Source: Anaerohalosphaeraceae bacterium (GTDB lineage: Bacteria; Planctomycetota; Phycisphaerae; Sedimentisphaerales; Anaerohalosphaeraceae). Taken from it: a DNA stretch of 64,000 bases. The DNA lies in the NCBI GenBank assembly GCA_963675525.2, contig CAXXSL010000001.1:128001-192000 (forward strand). Reading direction: 5' to 3'. The notes beneath the pieces were generated by a model. That model did no database searches, was not told where the DNA came from, and saw nothing but the letters and a program-made list of their open reading frames with translations. Each line of letters starts with the position of its first letter. Positions within the stretch are counted from its first letter, which is position 1. Made by a program: the position numbers and the translations under genes. Positions 48,994 through 59,043 of the stretch are shown here, one piece after another.

Positions 48994-50136
48994 ATGGAAA
49001 TAATTATGACCCGGCCGTTCACATTACTCATTAAGCCGGCAGGTCCGGACTGTAACATTGCGTGTGAGTACTGCTTTTATTCGTGTAAGAGCGAGCTATT
49101 CGGAGTCGGTCCGCACCGAATGAGCGATGAGATTCAAGAGCATCTGATTAAAAGCTATCTTGAATGCTGCTTTGAGCAGAGCAGTTTTGCCTTTCAAGGT
49201 GGTGAACCAACCTTGATGGGGTTGGATTTTTACAAACGGCTGGTGGAATTACAAACCCGGTATGCCAAACCCGGTCAGGGGGTGACCAATGCACTGCAAA
49301 CCAACGGCATTCTTCTGGACGACCAGTGGGGGAAATTCCTCGCCGAATATAAATTCCTGACGGGTATCAGCCTGGATGGCCCGAAAGAATATCATGACGT
49401 TTATCGCAAAGACCGTGCCGGCAGCGGTACATTTGATCGCGTCATGGCGGGAATTGAGGTCTGCCGGCGGAATAATGCAGAATATAATGTCCTTGTTCTG
49501 CTCAATAACATCAACGTTCAGCATCCGAATGAATTGTTCGATTTTTTCATTGGGCTGGGGATTCAGTATCTCCAGTTTGTCCCTTGTGTGGAGAAGGCCG
49601 AAAAGGACTCGCAAAAAGCCGCTCCGCACAGCATCAAGCCCGAAGAATACGGAAACTTTATGATCCGCATCTTTGACCGATGGCTGGACTACGACATACG
49701 AAAACTTAGTGTGCGTCTGTTCGACAGTATACTTAGTTACCTGCTGGGTAATCCGCATACCGAATGTACCTTTGGCCGATGGTGTGCGGATTATATTGTG
49801 ATTGAACACAACGGCGACGCGTTCTGCTGTGATTTTTACGTAACCGGTGATACCCGTTTGGGCAATATCATGGAAACGCCGATTGGCCGGTTGGGGGGTG
49901 ATGAAATAAAACGTGCCTTTAACCGAAAAAAGATGGACATCAACAATAAATGTCTCGTTTGCCGATTCCTCGATATCTGCCGAGGAGGGTGCCCGAAAGA
50001 CCGCGCCATGCTGACTGGTACACACACAGCGCCCAGCTATTTCTGTGAGGGCTATAAGATGTTTTTTGCATATGCACTGCCTCGATTAAAAACTATCGCA
50101 CACGATATTCAGACAGGCAAATATTATAGAGTCTAA
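48994..50136 (+). CDS. Anaerobic sulfatase maturase (radical SAM/SPASM, AslB/anSME family)
   Basis: LIKPAGPDCNIACEYCFY, FQGGEPTLMG, NALQTNG, GISLDGP; SPASM cysteines (CTFGRWC...CCDF; CLVCRFLDICRGGCPK...YFC). Confidence 0.9.
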   Translation: MEIIMTRPFTLLIKPAGPDCNIACEYCFYSCKSELFGVGPHRMSDEIQEHLIKSYLECCFEQSSFAFQGGEPTLMGLDFYKRLVELQTRYAKPGQGVTNALQTNGILLDDQWGKFLAEYKFLTGISLDGPKEYHDVYRKDRAGSGTFDRVMAGIEVCRRNNAEYNVLVLLNNINVQHPNELFDFFIGLGIQYLQFVPCVEKAEKDSQKAAPHSIKPEEYGNFMIRIFDRWLDYDIRKLSVRLFDSILSYLLGNPHTECTFGRWCADYIVIEHNGDAFCCDFYVTGDTRLGNIMETPIGRLGGDEIKRAFNRKKMDINNKCLVCRFLDICRGGCPKDRAMLTGTHTAPSYFCEGYKMFFAYALPRLKTIAHDIQTGKYYRV

Positions 50137-50392
50137 CGTTCAGATCGGTCGACAAGCGATGCTTGAAAATATGCTTAATCAGTAGATATAGATTTTGGTG
50201 GTTGTCACCTGTGCTCTTATCATTATACGCTCAAAATCAAGAATAGCCAAAGTGTTAAACTGGATGGAAATCTATCCAATGTTTATTTCAACTCAAACGA
50301 CTATGATCTTGTGTCCAATTCGTGTCACTTCTACTTGTTAATCACCCGCTTATTTATGCCATCGAAAGGGGGGAAGGCCCGTCTGTTTACAC

Positions 50393-53300
50393 TTACCATC
50401 CCGGTGTCGGATCGGCCGCTGTCCAGTTAACCGGATCATTGGTATAATTATTATTCGCCTGATCCGGGCGCAGATGGGTCAGGCTTTTGCCATTGCCGTC
50501 AGCCGGCTGGGTCCATTCGCCTTCGTCGTCATAATTGACACGGTCTTCGCGGATATAGTAGCGGCTTTGTTCGAACTCTTGGTCGCCGGGCATGGCTAAC
50601 TGAAGTTTTTCGCCTCCATTATCCAGGCTGCCGCCGGTCCATTCCATGATCACCGTTCCGGCCGGAACTCCCGAATACTTCGCACTAAAAGCCACAAGGT
50701 TCTTTACCAGAAGAATTCGCTGTCCAGCATCTAATTCCATGTCGACCGGAAATTCGAATGCAATGCCATCGCTGAATTTCCAGGGGATCCATTCCTCAAT
50801 ATGTACTGTGGGGCTGGAATAGGTACTGACAAAGCCGGCCGTGCGTACGGGTTGGGAACTGATATTCATCAACTCAAGGTACTCATAATCCTGATCACCT
50901 TGAACCGGTCCGGGATTATACATGATCTCACTGATGATAACAGGACCGACTTTGGGATAAGCATTGGCCGTACCCTTGGTCTGCGTACTCATGGGTACGA
51001 AATTCCAACCGCCGGTGCTTTTCTGGAAACGCCCGAACGATACGTTGGTTTGGGCCGCATCAAATTCTTCTTTTGTAAAGTAACCGGTCAGGTCTTCGCC
51101 TAGAGCAGACTGCAGGTAGAGTGTTTCCCCTCCCTCACTCAAGGCAAACGGAATTCGACAACCGGGATCTGAGTCATTATTGAACTGGCTTTCTTCGATC
51201 ACATAATAGGGGCTTGCCGGAGTCAGAACCACACCGGCAGGAATCTGATACTTCTTGCGGTCTGCATCCAATCCGAAGGTATCAGAGATAAACCACCCGC
51301 CGATGGAAATGTTCTCATTTGTCGTATTATGTAGCTCTATCCAGTCGGGCAGTCCTGCATGAGAATGCGACAGCACTTCATTGATCACAACAGCACCGGG
51401 CAAGGGAAGCTGTTCCAGAGGCGTCTCATTCCGTCCAGGGGTTCCGCCTCGGATCGCGCTGGGACGCCAGAGTTCTTTTTGCCCCCAGGATACATCCTGA
51501 GCTAAAAGAGAAATTTCATCCGGCGTTAATGCCCGGTCATAAATCCGTACATCGTCAATCGAGCCCTGGAAATAACGAGGGAAGTTTGCGGCAAAATAAA
51601 CGCCGATTTGCACATCTTCGGTCAATCCTGTATTGATCGGCTCATCCACAAAAGAACTGATCGTTTCAAGCTGGCCGTCAACATATAATTGAGCTTCCAA
51701 AATATCCGGACTGCCGTCGTTGGCGAGGACAACCGTGACATGGTGCCATGTATTGTCATTGATCAACGTGGAGCCGATGATGTTACCTCCCTGCACCTCG
51801 GCACGAAGCTGACCTCCGTCATGAACACGGATCACCCAGCGTCCACCATTATATTCTTGCCCCCAAGTCAGAATCTCTCCTGAGACCGAAGACGTTTTGA
51901 CCCAGGCGCTGCAGCTTCGGCTGGCACCACCAGAGATGCCTTTATAACCGGGAATTTCAACGTAATCATCTTGGCCATCAAAGTATAATGCCTTATATTC
52001 ACGCCCCAGAACACGTTCCGTATTCTGCATATTATGGATGATGCCGTGATGACTGCCGGGAGTACTATCCAGAACGGTTGTGCCATCATCTTCATTGAAA
52101 CTCCAGCAGGCAGCCAGATTCGTTTGCGGCAATGCTGTTTTTTCATAAAGAGGGTCAACAACCGTTAACGAGAAACCATCCCCGTCAGTGATATCATACC
52201 AGTCATCTTCAAAGTCAAGTGTTTGAATTTTATTGCCTGCCGAATTACGTAGTTTTAATGTTTCTCCGGAATCGTCCAGAGCACCCTCGTATTGGCCTGC
52301 GACAGGCAAGCCGGAACCATATTTACTTTCAAACACAGATGGGTTGCGAACAAGTAAAAGATAATTTGCCGGTTGAAGAACCACATCACCAAAGGTGTAA
52401 TCGATGCCCTCTGTAAAACTCACCCCGTTGAGGTTAATCGGTTCCGCCCCAACATTAGCCAGTTCAATAAACTCATCATTCGGGTCAGCGTTAGGATGGT
52501 ACAGCAGTTCAGAAATACGCAGGTATTCATCGACATGACCGATAATGATATTGGCCTGCCGCAATGCGCTCCAGGTACTTCCGTTCAATGTTCTGGCCTT
52601 CACAGTTATGCTTTTTTGTAATGAAATCGGAGTTGTATACTTCTGTGCTGCCGGTGAAATACCGACTCCCGAGCCACTGTATCCGGCCTGCAGTATGGGG
52701 GATATGATAAAATCCGTACTGGTTGTACCGATATTTAATCCGTGAATCGCCAAAATATTGTCGCCGGGCTGAAGAGCTGTAAGATAATCATTAATCGGAA
52801 TAACCACCAAATCGTAGTTTTCATGGCTGGATGAGGCAGATGAGTTCCATTCGGGTGTACCATTGAAACCCTGGCGGCACACTTCAATTCCATTGATATA
52901 AGCAACAAAGCCATCATCATAACGAATCGACAGGGTTAGATAATTCCAATTTACCATTTCCGCAGGGTCAACGGTAAAGGGTATTCGAATATAGGCGGTC
53001 GTACGATGGCTATACATTTCATCATCGACATCATAACTGATATAAGCTTTATTTCCCACCGCATCTTTTTCGTATCCGACACCGCCGGTTTTCGAGTTAT
53101 CGACGGGCAGACCGTCATTCCATAAGGAATCATTGAAATCCGTCTTCGACCGCCAGTTTGTACCGATATCGGCGGTCGGAATTAAGGCCCGCTTCGGGGC
53201 ATTTTCGGCTACCAGTGTCACCTCTGATACCCGCTCTAAAAGAGACAGGCGTGGATCTGTCCCGTCCAAGGTAAAATAGATATCGCCATTCTGCCCGGAG

Positions 53301-56300
53301 GCATTCTGAAAGGCCAGAAGGCTGTTTTCAAGTTCAGAATCTGTTTTGTCAACCTTCTGACCATTCAGAAAGATATCAGGGCCTTTGAAGGTGAAGAGTC
53401 CCTGGCTGATACATTGATCAAAGAAGATCGATTCACGGCCCGGGATGTAGGTGTAAGGAATATATTGATTGATATTGGGAATAACGCCGTCAACTTCGTC
53501 GGCCAGTTGCCAGAAAAGAGTGTCCATGAATTCTTTTCTCATAACACTGTCAGATTCCAGAAAATGTTTCTGGAGCCGGTCCGAAAATAACATCCGGAAA
53601 TCTTCATTGATTTTCAATGCCCGATAGAGTCTGGATAAGTAGCTGGATTCGCTGTTCAGGGTGCCAAAACGATCCCGATAAAGGTCATTATCCATACAGC
53701 CTTCGGCATCCCAAACAAAAAATCGCCATTTTCGATCCGTTGAACGTTCCGCCGTTGCAGTCCAGTTGTTTTGAGGCCAGTCCCAGTTGCCGCCCCAACA
53801 CTGTACGATAAGATAATCCACAAAGCCTTCAAGATCAAGCTGCTTGACCACCTCATGATAATAAACAGGATCTGCCAGATCATTCGTTTGAGCATAATTA
53901 ATAAACGCATTAAACGCCGTCATGTCACCATCAGTTGCTTCCAGAATGTTTTCCGGCTGGACCCAGCCGACAACATCCCACTCGCTTTTGCTGTCGTAGT
54001 ATTTCTGACAAAACTCTTCATCAATGCGTTCACAAAGATTGTAATATCCTTTATAGCTGCCGTTAACGAATAAATTGACAAATGTTCCTAGGCTTGCCTC
54101 ATGCCCCATATAATAATGCAGGCGACGGATCATTTCATCTCTGACAAAAGGATTCGTCTGATCGTTGTGGCCGGCACGCAGCACAATCGTATCCATTTTG
54201 TCGACATCAGGGAACTGCTCCAGAACAGGATGGCGGAAGAAACTGTCCCCGTAAACGCTTCGAAAATACAATCGAAAACTGTATTTACTCGAACCGGACC
54301 AGATACCGCTGGTGGGCAGTGTATATCGCGGACGCATCCATGCACTGCCATGTACCCGAATGCCGCAATCCTCCTGGAAATCGACGCTTAAGGGAGCATT
54401 GATATATTCCATTGAGACCGGTCGTTCATAATCTTTGCCGTGCCCTAATACGTTGTTGTAATCGGTCGAGCTGACCTTATACCAAACACCGTCCCCACCC
54501 CATGCACCTCCGACGATAGCCATGATTCCGTTTGGATTAAAAAAGGTCTGAGTCGGACTGCCGGAAAGACAAACAGCGGGCAACCCCTTCATTGTATTGT
54601 CTGCATTTAAGAGATAGGTCTTGGTCTTGATCACGCTGGTTTCATAGCCGGGTTTAAATGCGGCAGCTCGAACGCACAGACTTGACGTACCTGATGTCGG
54701 GACCGTTACGCTGATGGGAGAGATATAAGTGTTTCCGTTTGACAGGGTTGGGTCGGTTCCATTCAATGTAAACTGAATTACGGCATCTTCGGTTTCCGAG
54801 GCCAAGGTCAGTGAAAAGGAACTGCTGTAATAGCCTCGTTCATGACTGAAATCAGGTGCATCGACAAAACCCAGAAAAGACTCACGATTAAAATTTCCGG
54901 GAGTCGGTAATGAAAAATAATATTCCCCCGCATCTATCGTTCCGTATGAAATATTTTCTTCCTGTTCAGGAAAGCCGAAGACCCCGGAACTTGGATTCTG
55001 AACAGAATCATACGCGTGTTCTGTTGTCCCGCCGGGCCTCCCCAAAGCAAGGTATTCGCCGGAAGCCGACAATTTAAAGTTTGTATGCAGGTAGCCTTGA
55101 GGATCAACATATGGATAATTATCCGGGAAGTCGTCCTGTTTTTTCCCCGAAGCGAAAACAAGTAGAAAACTGCGCCCTTGAATGATTGTATTTTGGGGAA
55201 ATCTCCATTGAAACGGTTCGCCGGCGTCATCGCTGAGTGACCAATCGGCCAAGTCGACAGGAAAATCCGTTTGGTTATACAATTCAATCCAATCCGAGGA
55301 GTCGCCGTTTCCATCCAGAATCTGCCCCTCTTCCGTGACCGGCGGGTCATCCGAGTCATTCGATGCCAGAAATTCATTGATGATGATCTCGGGTTCTTCT
55401 GAATGCCATTCATAGGACAGAGATGCATAATCTTTGATATTAACGAGATTATCCGCATTCATATCGGGGTTGTGATAAAATGCTGAGCCGGACTGATAAA
55501 GTCGCAATGAATCTTCTGGCGTGAATGCCCGATCGTAAATCCGCACATCATCGATCAGGCCCTGGAAGTAACGGGGACCGCCGGCGGCTAAATACGCTCC
55601 GATTTTGACATCTTCAACCGAACCGCTATTAATCGGCTCATCCACAAAGGAACTGATTGTTTCAAGCTGACCATCAACATATAAATGAGCTTCCGCAATA
55701 TCGGGGTTGCCGTCATCGACGATCACAACGGTGACATGATGCCATTCATTCTCATTGATCAGCGTGGAGCCGATGATGTTACCTCCCTGGACTTCGGCTC
55801 GGAGTTGGCCTCCTTCATTCACACGAATAACCCAGCGCCCGCCATCATATTCCTGGCCCCACGTTAGGATCTCACGGGAAACCGAAGCGGTTTTGATCCA
55901 GGCACTGCAGGTTCGGCTGGCACCACCGGAGATGCCTTTATAACCGGAAATTTCAACGTAATCATCTTGACCGTCAAAAAAAAGAGCACCCTGCCTATAT
56001 CCTTCAGAAGGCATCCATTGGGGGTCGCCGTACAATAAGCCGTCATAACCATTGATATCTTCAACCGCCGTCTCGCCTGTGAATTCGTCGAGTCTCCATC
56101 TGGCTACCAAATCAGGGTCTACAGGAAGTTCTGAAGAAAGCCAATAATCGGCGAAAATAAGCAGATCAGACATGTCAACGATACAGTTGCCTGAAAGGTC
56201 GGGAAGAGGACAATCTGATACCGCAATCATCGATAAACAGGCGATAAAACAGCATATGATGACACTGCCAACACAAGACTTCTTTTTATCAGGCATTTTC

Positions 56301-56308
56301 AATTCCAC
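50393..56308 (-). CDS. Giant secreted protein: dockerin-like repeats, two LamG domains, lamin-tail domains, FN3-associated domain, CotH kinase domain
   Basis: DLSGNCIVDMSDL, LamG (FQGLIDDVRIYDRA twice), IIINEFLASN...DWIELYN, YERPVSMEY..CGIRVHG, LFVNGSYKGYYNLCERID, NWDWPQNNW, WRFFVWDAE, ISELLYHP. Confidence 0.85.
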   Translation of the reverse strand: MELKMPDKKKSCVGSVIICCFIACLSMIAVSDCPLPDLSGNCIVDMSDLLIFADYWLSSELPVDPDLVARWRLDEFTGETAVEDINGYDGLLYGDPQWMPSEGYRQGALFFDGQDDYVEISGYKGISGGASRTCSAWIKTASVSREILTWGQEYDGGRWVIRVNEGGQLRAEVQGGNIIGSTLINENEWHHVTVVIVDDGNPDIAEAHLYVDGQLETISSFVDEPINSGSVEDVKIGAYLAAGGPRYFQGLIDDVRIYDRAFTPEDSLRLYQSGSAFYHNPDMNADNLVNIKDYASLSYEWHSEEPEIIINEFLASNDSDDPPVTEEGQILDGNGDSSDWIELYNQTDFPVDLADWSLSDDAGEPFQWRFPQNTIIQGRSFLLVFASGKKQDDFPDNYPYVDPQGYLHTNFKLSASGEYLALGRPGGTTEHAYDSVQNPSSGVFGFPEQEENISYGTIDAGEYYFSLPTPGNFNRESFLGFVDAPDFSHERGYYSSSFSLTLASETEDAVIQFTLNGTDPTLSNGNTYISPISVTVPTSGTSSLCVRAAAFKPGYETSVIKTKTYLLNADNTMKGLPAVCLSGSPTQTFFNPNGIMAIVGGAWGGDGVWYKVSSTDYNNVLGHGKDYERPVSMEYINAPLSVDFQEDCGIRVHGSAWMRPRYTLPTSGIWSGSSKYSFRLYFRSVYGDSFFRHPVLEQFPDVDKMDTIVLRAGHNDQTNPFVRDEMIRRLHYYMGHEASLGTFVNLFVNGSYKGYYNLCERIDEEFCQKYYDSKSEWDVVGWVQPENILEATDGDMTAFNAFINYAQTNDLADPVYYHEVVKQLDLEGFVDYLIVQCWGGNWDWPQNNWTATAERSTDRKWRFFVWDAEGCMDNDLYRDRFGTLNSESSYLSRLYRALKINEDFRMLFSDRLQKHFLESDSVMRKEFMDTLFWQLADEVDGVIPNINQYIPYTYIPGRESIFFDQCISQGLFTFKGPDIFLNGQKVDKTDSELENSLLAFQNASGQNGDIYFTLDGTDPRLSLLERVSEVTLVAENAPKRALIPTADIGTNWRSKTDFNDSLWNDGLPVDNSKTGGVGYEKDAVGNKAYISYDVDDEMYSHRTTAYIRIPFTVDPAEMVNWNYLTLSIRYDDGFVAYINGIEVCRQGFNGTPEWNSSASSSHENYDLVVIPINDYLTALQPGDNILAIHGLNIGTTSTDFIISPILQAGYSGSGVGISPAAQKYTTPISLQKSITVKARTLNGSTWSALRQANIIIGHVDEYLRISELLYHPNADPNDEFIELANVGAEPINLNGVSFTEGIDYTFGDVVLQPANYLLLVRNPSVFESKYGSGLPVAGQYEGALDDSGETLKLRNSAGNKIQTLDFEDDWYDITDGDGFSLTVVDPLYEKTALPQTNLAACWSFNEDDGTTVLDSTPGSHHGIIHNMQNTERVLGREYKALYFDGQDDYVEIPGYKGISGGASRSCSAWVKTSSVSGEILTWGQEYNGGRWVIRVHDGGQLRAEVQGGNIIGSTLINDNTWHHVTVVLANDGSPDILEAQLYVDGQLETISSFVDEPINTGLTEDVQIGVYFAANFPRYFQGSIDDVRIYDRALTPDEISLLAQDVSWGQKELWRPSAIRGGTPGRNETPLEQLPLPGAVVINEVLSHSHAGLPDWIELHNTTNENISIGGWFISDTFGLDADRKKYQIPAGVVLTPASPYYVIEESQFNNDSDPGCRIPFALSEGGETLYLQSALGEDLTGYFTKEEFDAAQTNVSFGRFQKSTGGWNFVPMSTQTKGTANAYPKVGPVIISEIMYNPGPVQGDQDYEYLELMNISSQPVRTAGFVSTYSSPTVHIEEWIPWKFSDGIAFEFPVDMELDAGQRILLVKNLVAFSAKYSGVPAGTVIMEWTGGSLDNGGEKLQLAMPGDQEFEQSRYYIREDRVNYDDEGEWTQPADGNGKSLTHLRPDQANNNYTNDPVNWTAADPTPGW

Positions 56309-56683
56309 CCCAACTCAAATGATTTCAACGCAAGATTGAAAAGTATTATCAGCAATCCGGTGTTCCCTGATCTAACGCCTATAAGTACAAAATATCCATG
56401 CCTCCACCCGAGCACTGTAAGTTTACAAAAATCAGCATGAAAAGTCAAGTATTCCCTTTTTTAGACGGATGTTATGGGACATTTTTCGACAACAAATTTC
56501 AGTCCAAATCCGAATGCTGTTCTTCGCTTCGCTGCTCCCGCAAGGGACTCTTTACGGCGGAACGGTAATTTCCTGGAAAGAGGTAATCCCATTTGAGTGT
56601 ATGAAGGCTCCTCTTTCTAGCTTTTTCCGAGCTATTCGGCTTCGGGTTGTAATCCCGTTGTAGTTGATTTCCTACATTGACCA

Positions 56684-57559
56684 TCAACCCTTTACTCTGC
56701 TTTTATAGCTGCGCGGGGACTGGCCTACGATCTTGGAGAAGAGGCGGGAGAAATAGTAGGGGTCTTTGTAGCCCAGGATATAGCTGATCTCTTTGATACG
56801 CATGCCTGTCAGATCCAGGTATTGACATGCTTTTTGAATCCGAAGGCGGTTATGGTAGTCGATGGGCGAGTAGCCGGTTTTCTTCTTGAATTCCGCAACA
56901 AAATGCGGCACGGAGTAATTGACGTGTTTTGCCAGCTGCTTTAACGACAGCGTCGTGGATAGTTTCTCCCGCATCAACGCGATCGCTTCATCAAGGCGGC
57001 TGGGGATATTTTTCTCATCCTTTGGCTCAAATGAATGCGGGTAGATGAACGAGCTGAGCAGATACCACAATGCCAGATTCGTAAATCGAATATGTTCCTG
57101 CGAATACCCCTTGTCGAGGGTATTATAAAGCTGCTCAAAAAGATTGACGCGATGCTGCGAAAACAGAATCGTTGCCGCGGGATAATTTTGTGCGCGATAA
57201 ACCTGCCAAAATTGTCGGGCAAAGCTTCCGGAGAAGTGAAACCAGTAAATCGTCCATGCGTTCTGGGCTCTTGCCCCGTAACTGTGATGTCGACCAGCGG
57301 GTAGAATGAAGTATTGATTTGCACGGACGGGTTGTTTTTTGTCCAGTTCATACCAGCCACTACCGGAAACACAATAGATCAGGATGTACTGGGGAAAAGA
57401 AAAAAGCCGTTCTACGTAATGGAAACGAGCATTTGGGAAAAATCCGATATCGGTCAGATAAAGATTCTCGGTCAACGGCGAAGAAGCGGTTTCATCAACC
57501 ACTTTTTGTGGCAAAACCAGCATTTTTTGGCCCGTAAAGCCTTCACGAATGCGCCGCAT
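56684..57559 (-). CDS. AraC-family transcriptional regulator
   Basis: Cupin N-domain (YLTDIGFFPNA..HYVER, WTIYWFHF) and HTH C-domain (FKKKTGYSPIDY, LGYKDPYYFSRLF). Confidence 0.92.
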   Translation of the reverse strand: MRRIREGFTGQKMLVLPQKVVDETASSPLTENLYLTDIGFFPNARFHYVERLFSFPQYILIYCVSGSGWYELDKKQPVRANQYFILPAGRHHSYGARAQNAWTIYWFHFSGSFARQFWQVYRAQNYPAATILFSQHRVNLFEQLYNTLDKGYSQEHIRFTNLALWYLLSSFIYPHSFEPKDEKNIPSRLDEAIALMREKLSTTLSLKQLAKHVNYSVPHFVAEFKKKTGYSPIDYHNRLRIQKACQYLDLTGMRIKEISYILGYKDPYYFSRLFSKIVGQSPRSYKSRVKG

Positions 57560-57580
57560 GTCATGTCCTATAACACTAAA

Positions 57581-57645
57581 TCATAATATTGTCCATTATA
57601 TTCATTAAGTTGTCCATTGTCAATATGTTTTTTATTACTTATGAT
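57581..57645 (+). promoter_or_regulatory. Candidate AraC direct-repeat operator overlapping the -35 of the divergent promoter
   Basis: TCATAATATTGTCCATT (57581) and TCATTAAGTTGTCCATT (57602), 21 bp apart; TTGTCA-N17-TATGAT at 57617-57645. Confidence 0.65.
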
Positions 57646-57731
57646 GTCTATCTGAAAAAAATGAAATGAAATTGGGAAGTGACGGCACCAAGGGAGGCAG
57701 TTGACTTTTACATATTAAAGAAAGATATCAT

Positions 57732-58995
57732 ATGAATTCACGTCAGCGCTTGCAGATGGTCCTTGAACACAAAAGTCCGGACCGATTGTGTGTGGATTTC
57801 GGCGCGGGAGGACAGACCGGCATAGGCTGCTGTGCCGTGCATCGACTTCGCGAGGCCGTGTTGGGCAAGAGCGACTACAAGGTTAAAGTCAGCGAACCTT
57901 ACCAGATGCTCGGTGAGATTGATGAGGAATTGCGGAAGGCCCTGGAACTGGATGTCGTGGGTGTCCATCCGCCCTGTGATATGTTTGGTGTACGTCAAGA
58001 GAGATGGAAGCCCTTTACACTGCCTGTTGACGGCACCGAAGTACTTGTGCCGGGCAATTTCAATTACACCAAAAACAGCAACGGTGATCTGCTGATGTAC
58101 CCCGAGGGAGATACGTCGGTTCCACCCTGTGCCAAAATGCCCAAGGATAGCTATTTTTGGGATGCGATCAACCGCCAGCAGCCGATCAATGAAAGCAAAC
58201 TTGATCCGGCGGATAATTGCGAAGAATTTGGGGGTATGTCCGATGTAGATGTGGAGTACTTTAAAAGCAACGTCGACAGGTATTACGAGAATACGGATGC
58301 GGGAATCTACCTGACGTTTCCGGGAATCGCGTTTGGAGATATCGCACTCGTGCCGGCAACATGGATGAAACATACCAAAGGCATTCGGGATGTGGAGGAA
58401 TGGTATATTTCGACGGCTATGCGTCGGGATTACGTGTATCAAGTATTTGAAAAACAATGTGAAATCGGCCTGGAAAACATCGAAAAGCTGGCCCCGGTTT
58501 TAGGCGATAAGGTGCAGGTTGTCTTTGTCAGCGGCACGGATTTCGGCACACAGCGGGGGCCGTTTATTTCCCCGCAAGCTTATCGGGATTTGTATAAACC
58601 ATTTCAGAAAGCCATCAATGATAAGATTCATGAGCTAACCAACTGGAAAATCTTTATTCATTCCTGTGGTGGGATCTATCCGTTGATCCCGGATATGATC
58701 GAAGCAGGATTTGATATTTTAAATCCGGTTCAATGTTCCGCTGAGGGCATGGACCCGATGCGACTCAAAAAGGAATTTGGCGATCAACTGGTCTTCTGGG
58801 GGGGGGGGGGTGGACACTCAAAAAACACTCCCCTTTGGTACTGCCGAAGAGGTTTATAAAGAAGTCAGCGAGCGGATCGAAATTTTCAGCGCCCATAGCG
58901 GTTTTGTTTTTAACAGTATTCACAATATCCAGAGCAATGTTCCGGTGGAAAATATCCTGGCCATGTTCAAAGCGATTAGTAAAGCTCGTTCGTGA
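57732..58995 (+). CDS. UroD/MtaA-CmuA-family (methylcobamide methyltransferase-like) protein, interrupted by a +1 frameshift in a G13 tract
   Basis: MNSRQR..LEHKSPDRL..DFG, GTDFGTQRG, FIHSCG, GFDILNPVQ, VFWGGG. The C-terminus VDTQKTLPFGT...GFVFNSIHNIQ..VPVENILAM is in another frame, ending at 58995. Confidence 0.8.
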
Positions 58996-59043
58996 TTCTT
59001 GGGCAGAGTATACTATCTTTAGCTACTCTTTTTAGGGAGATTT

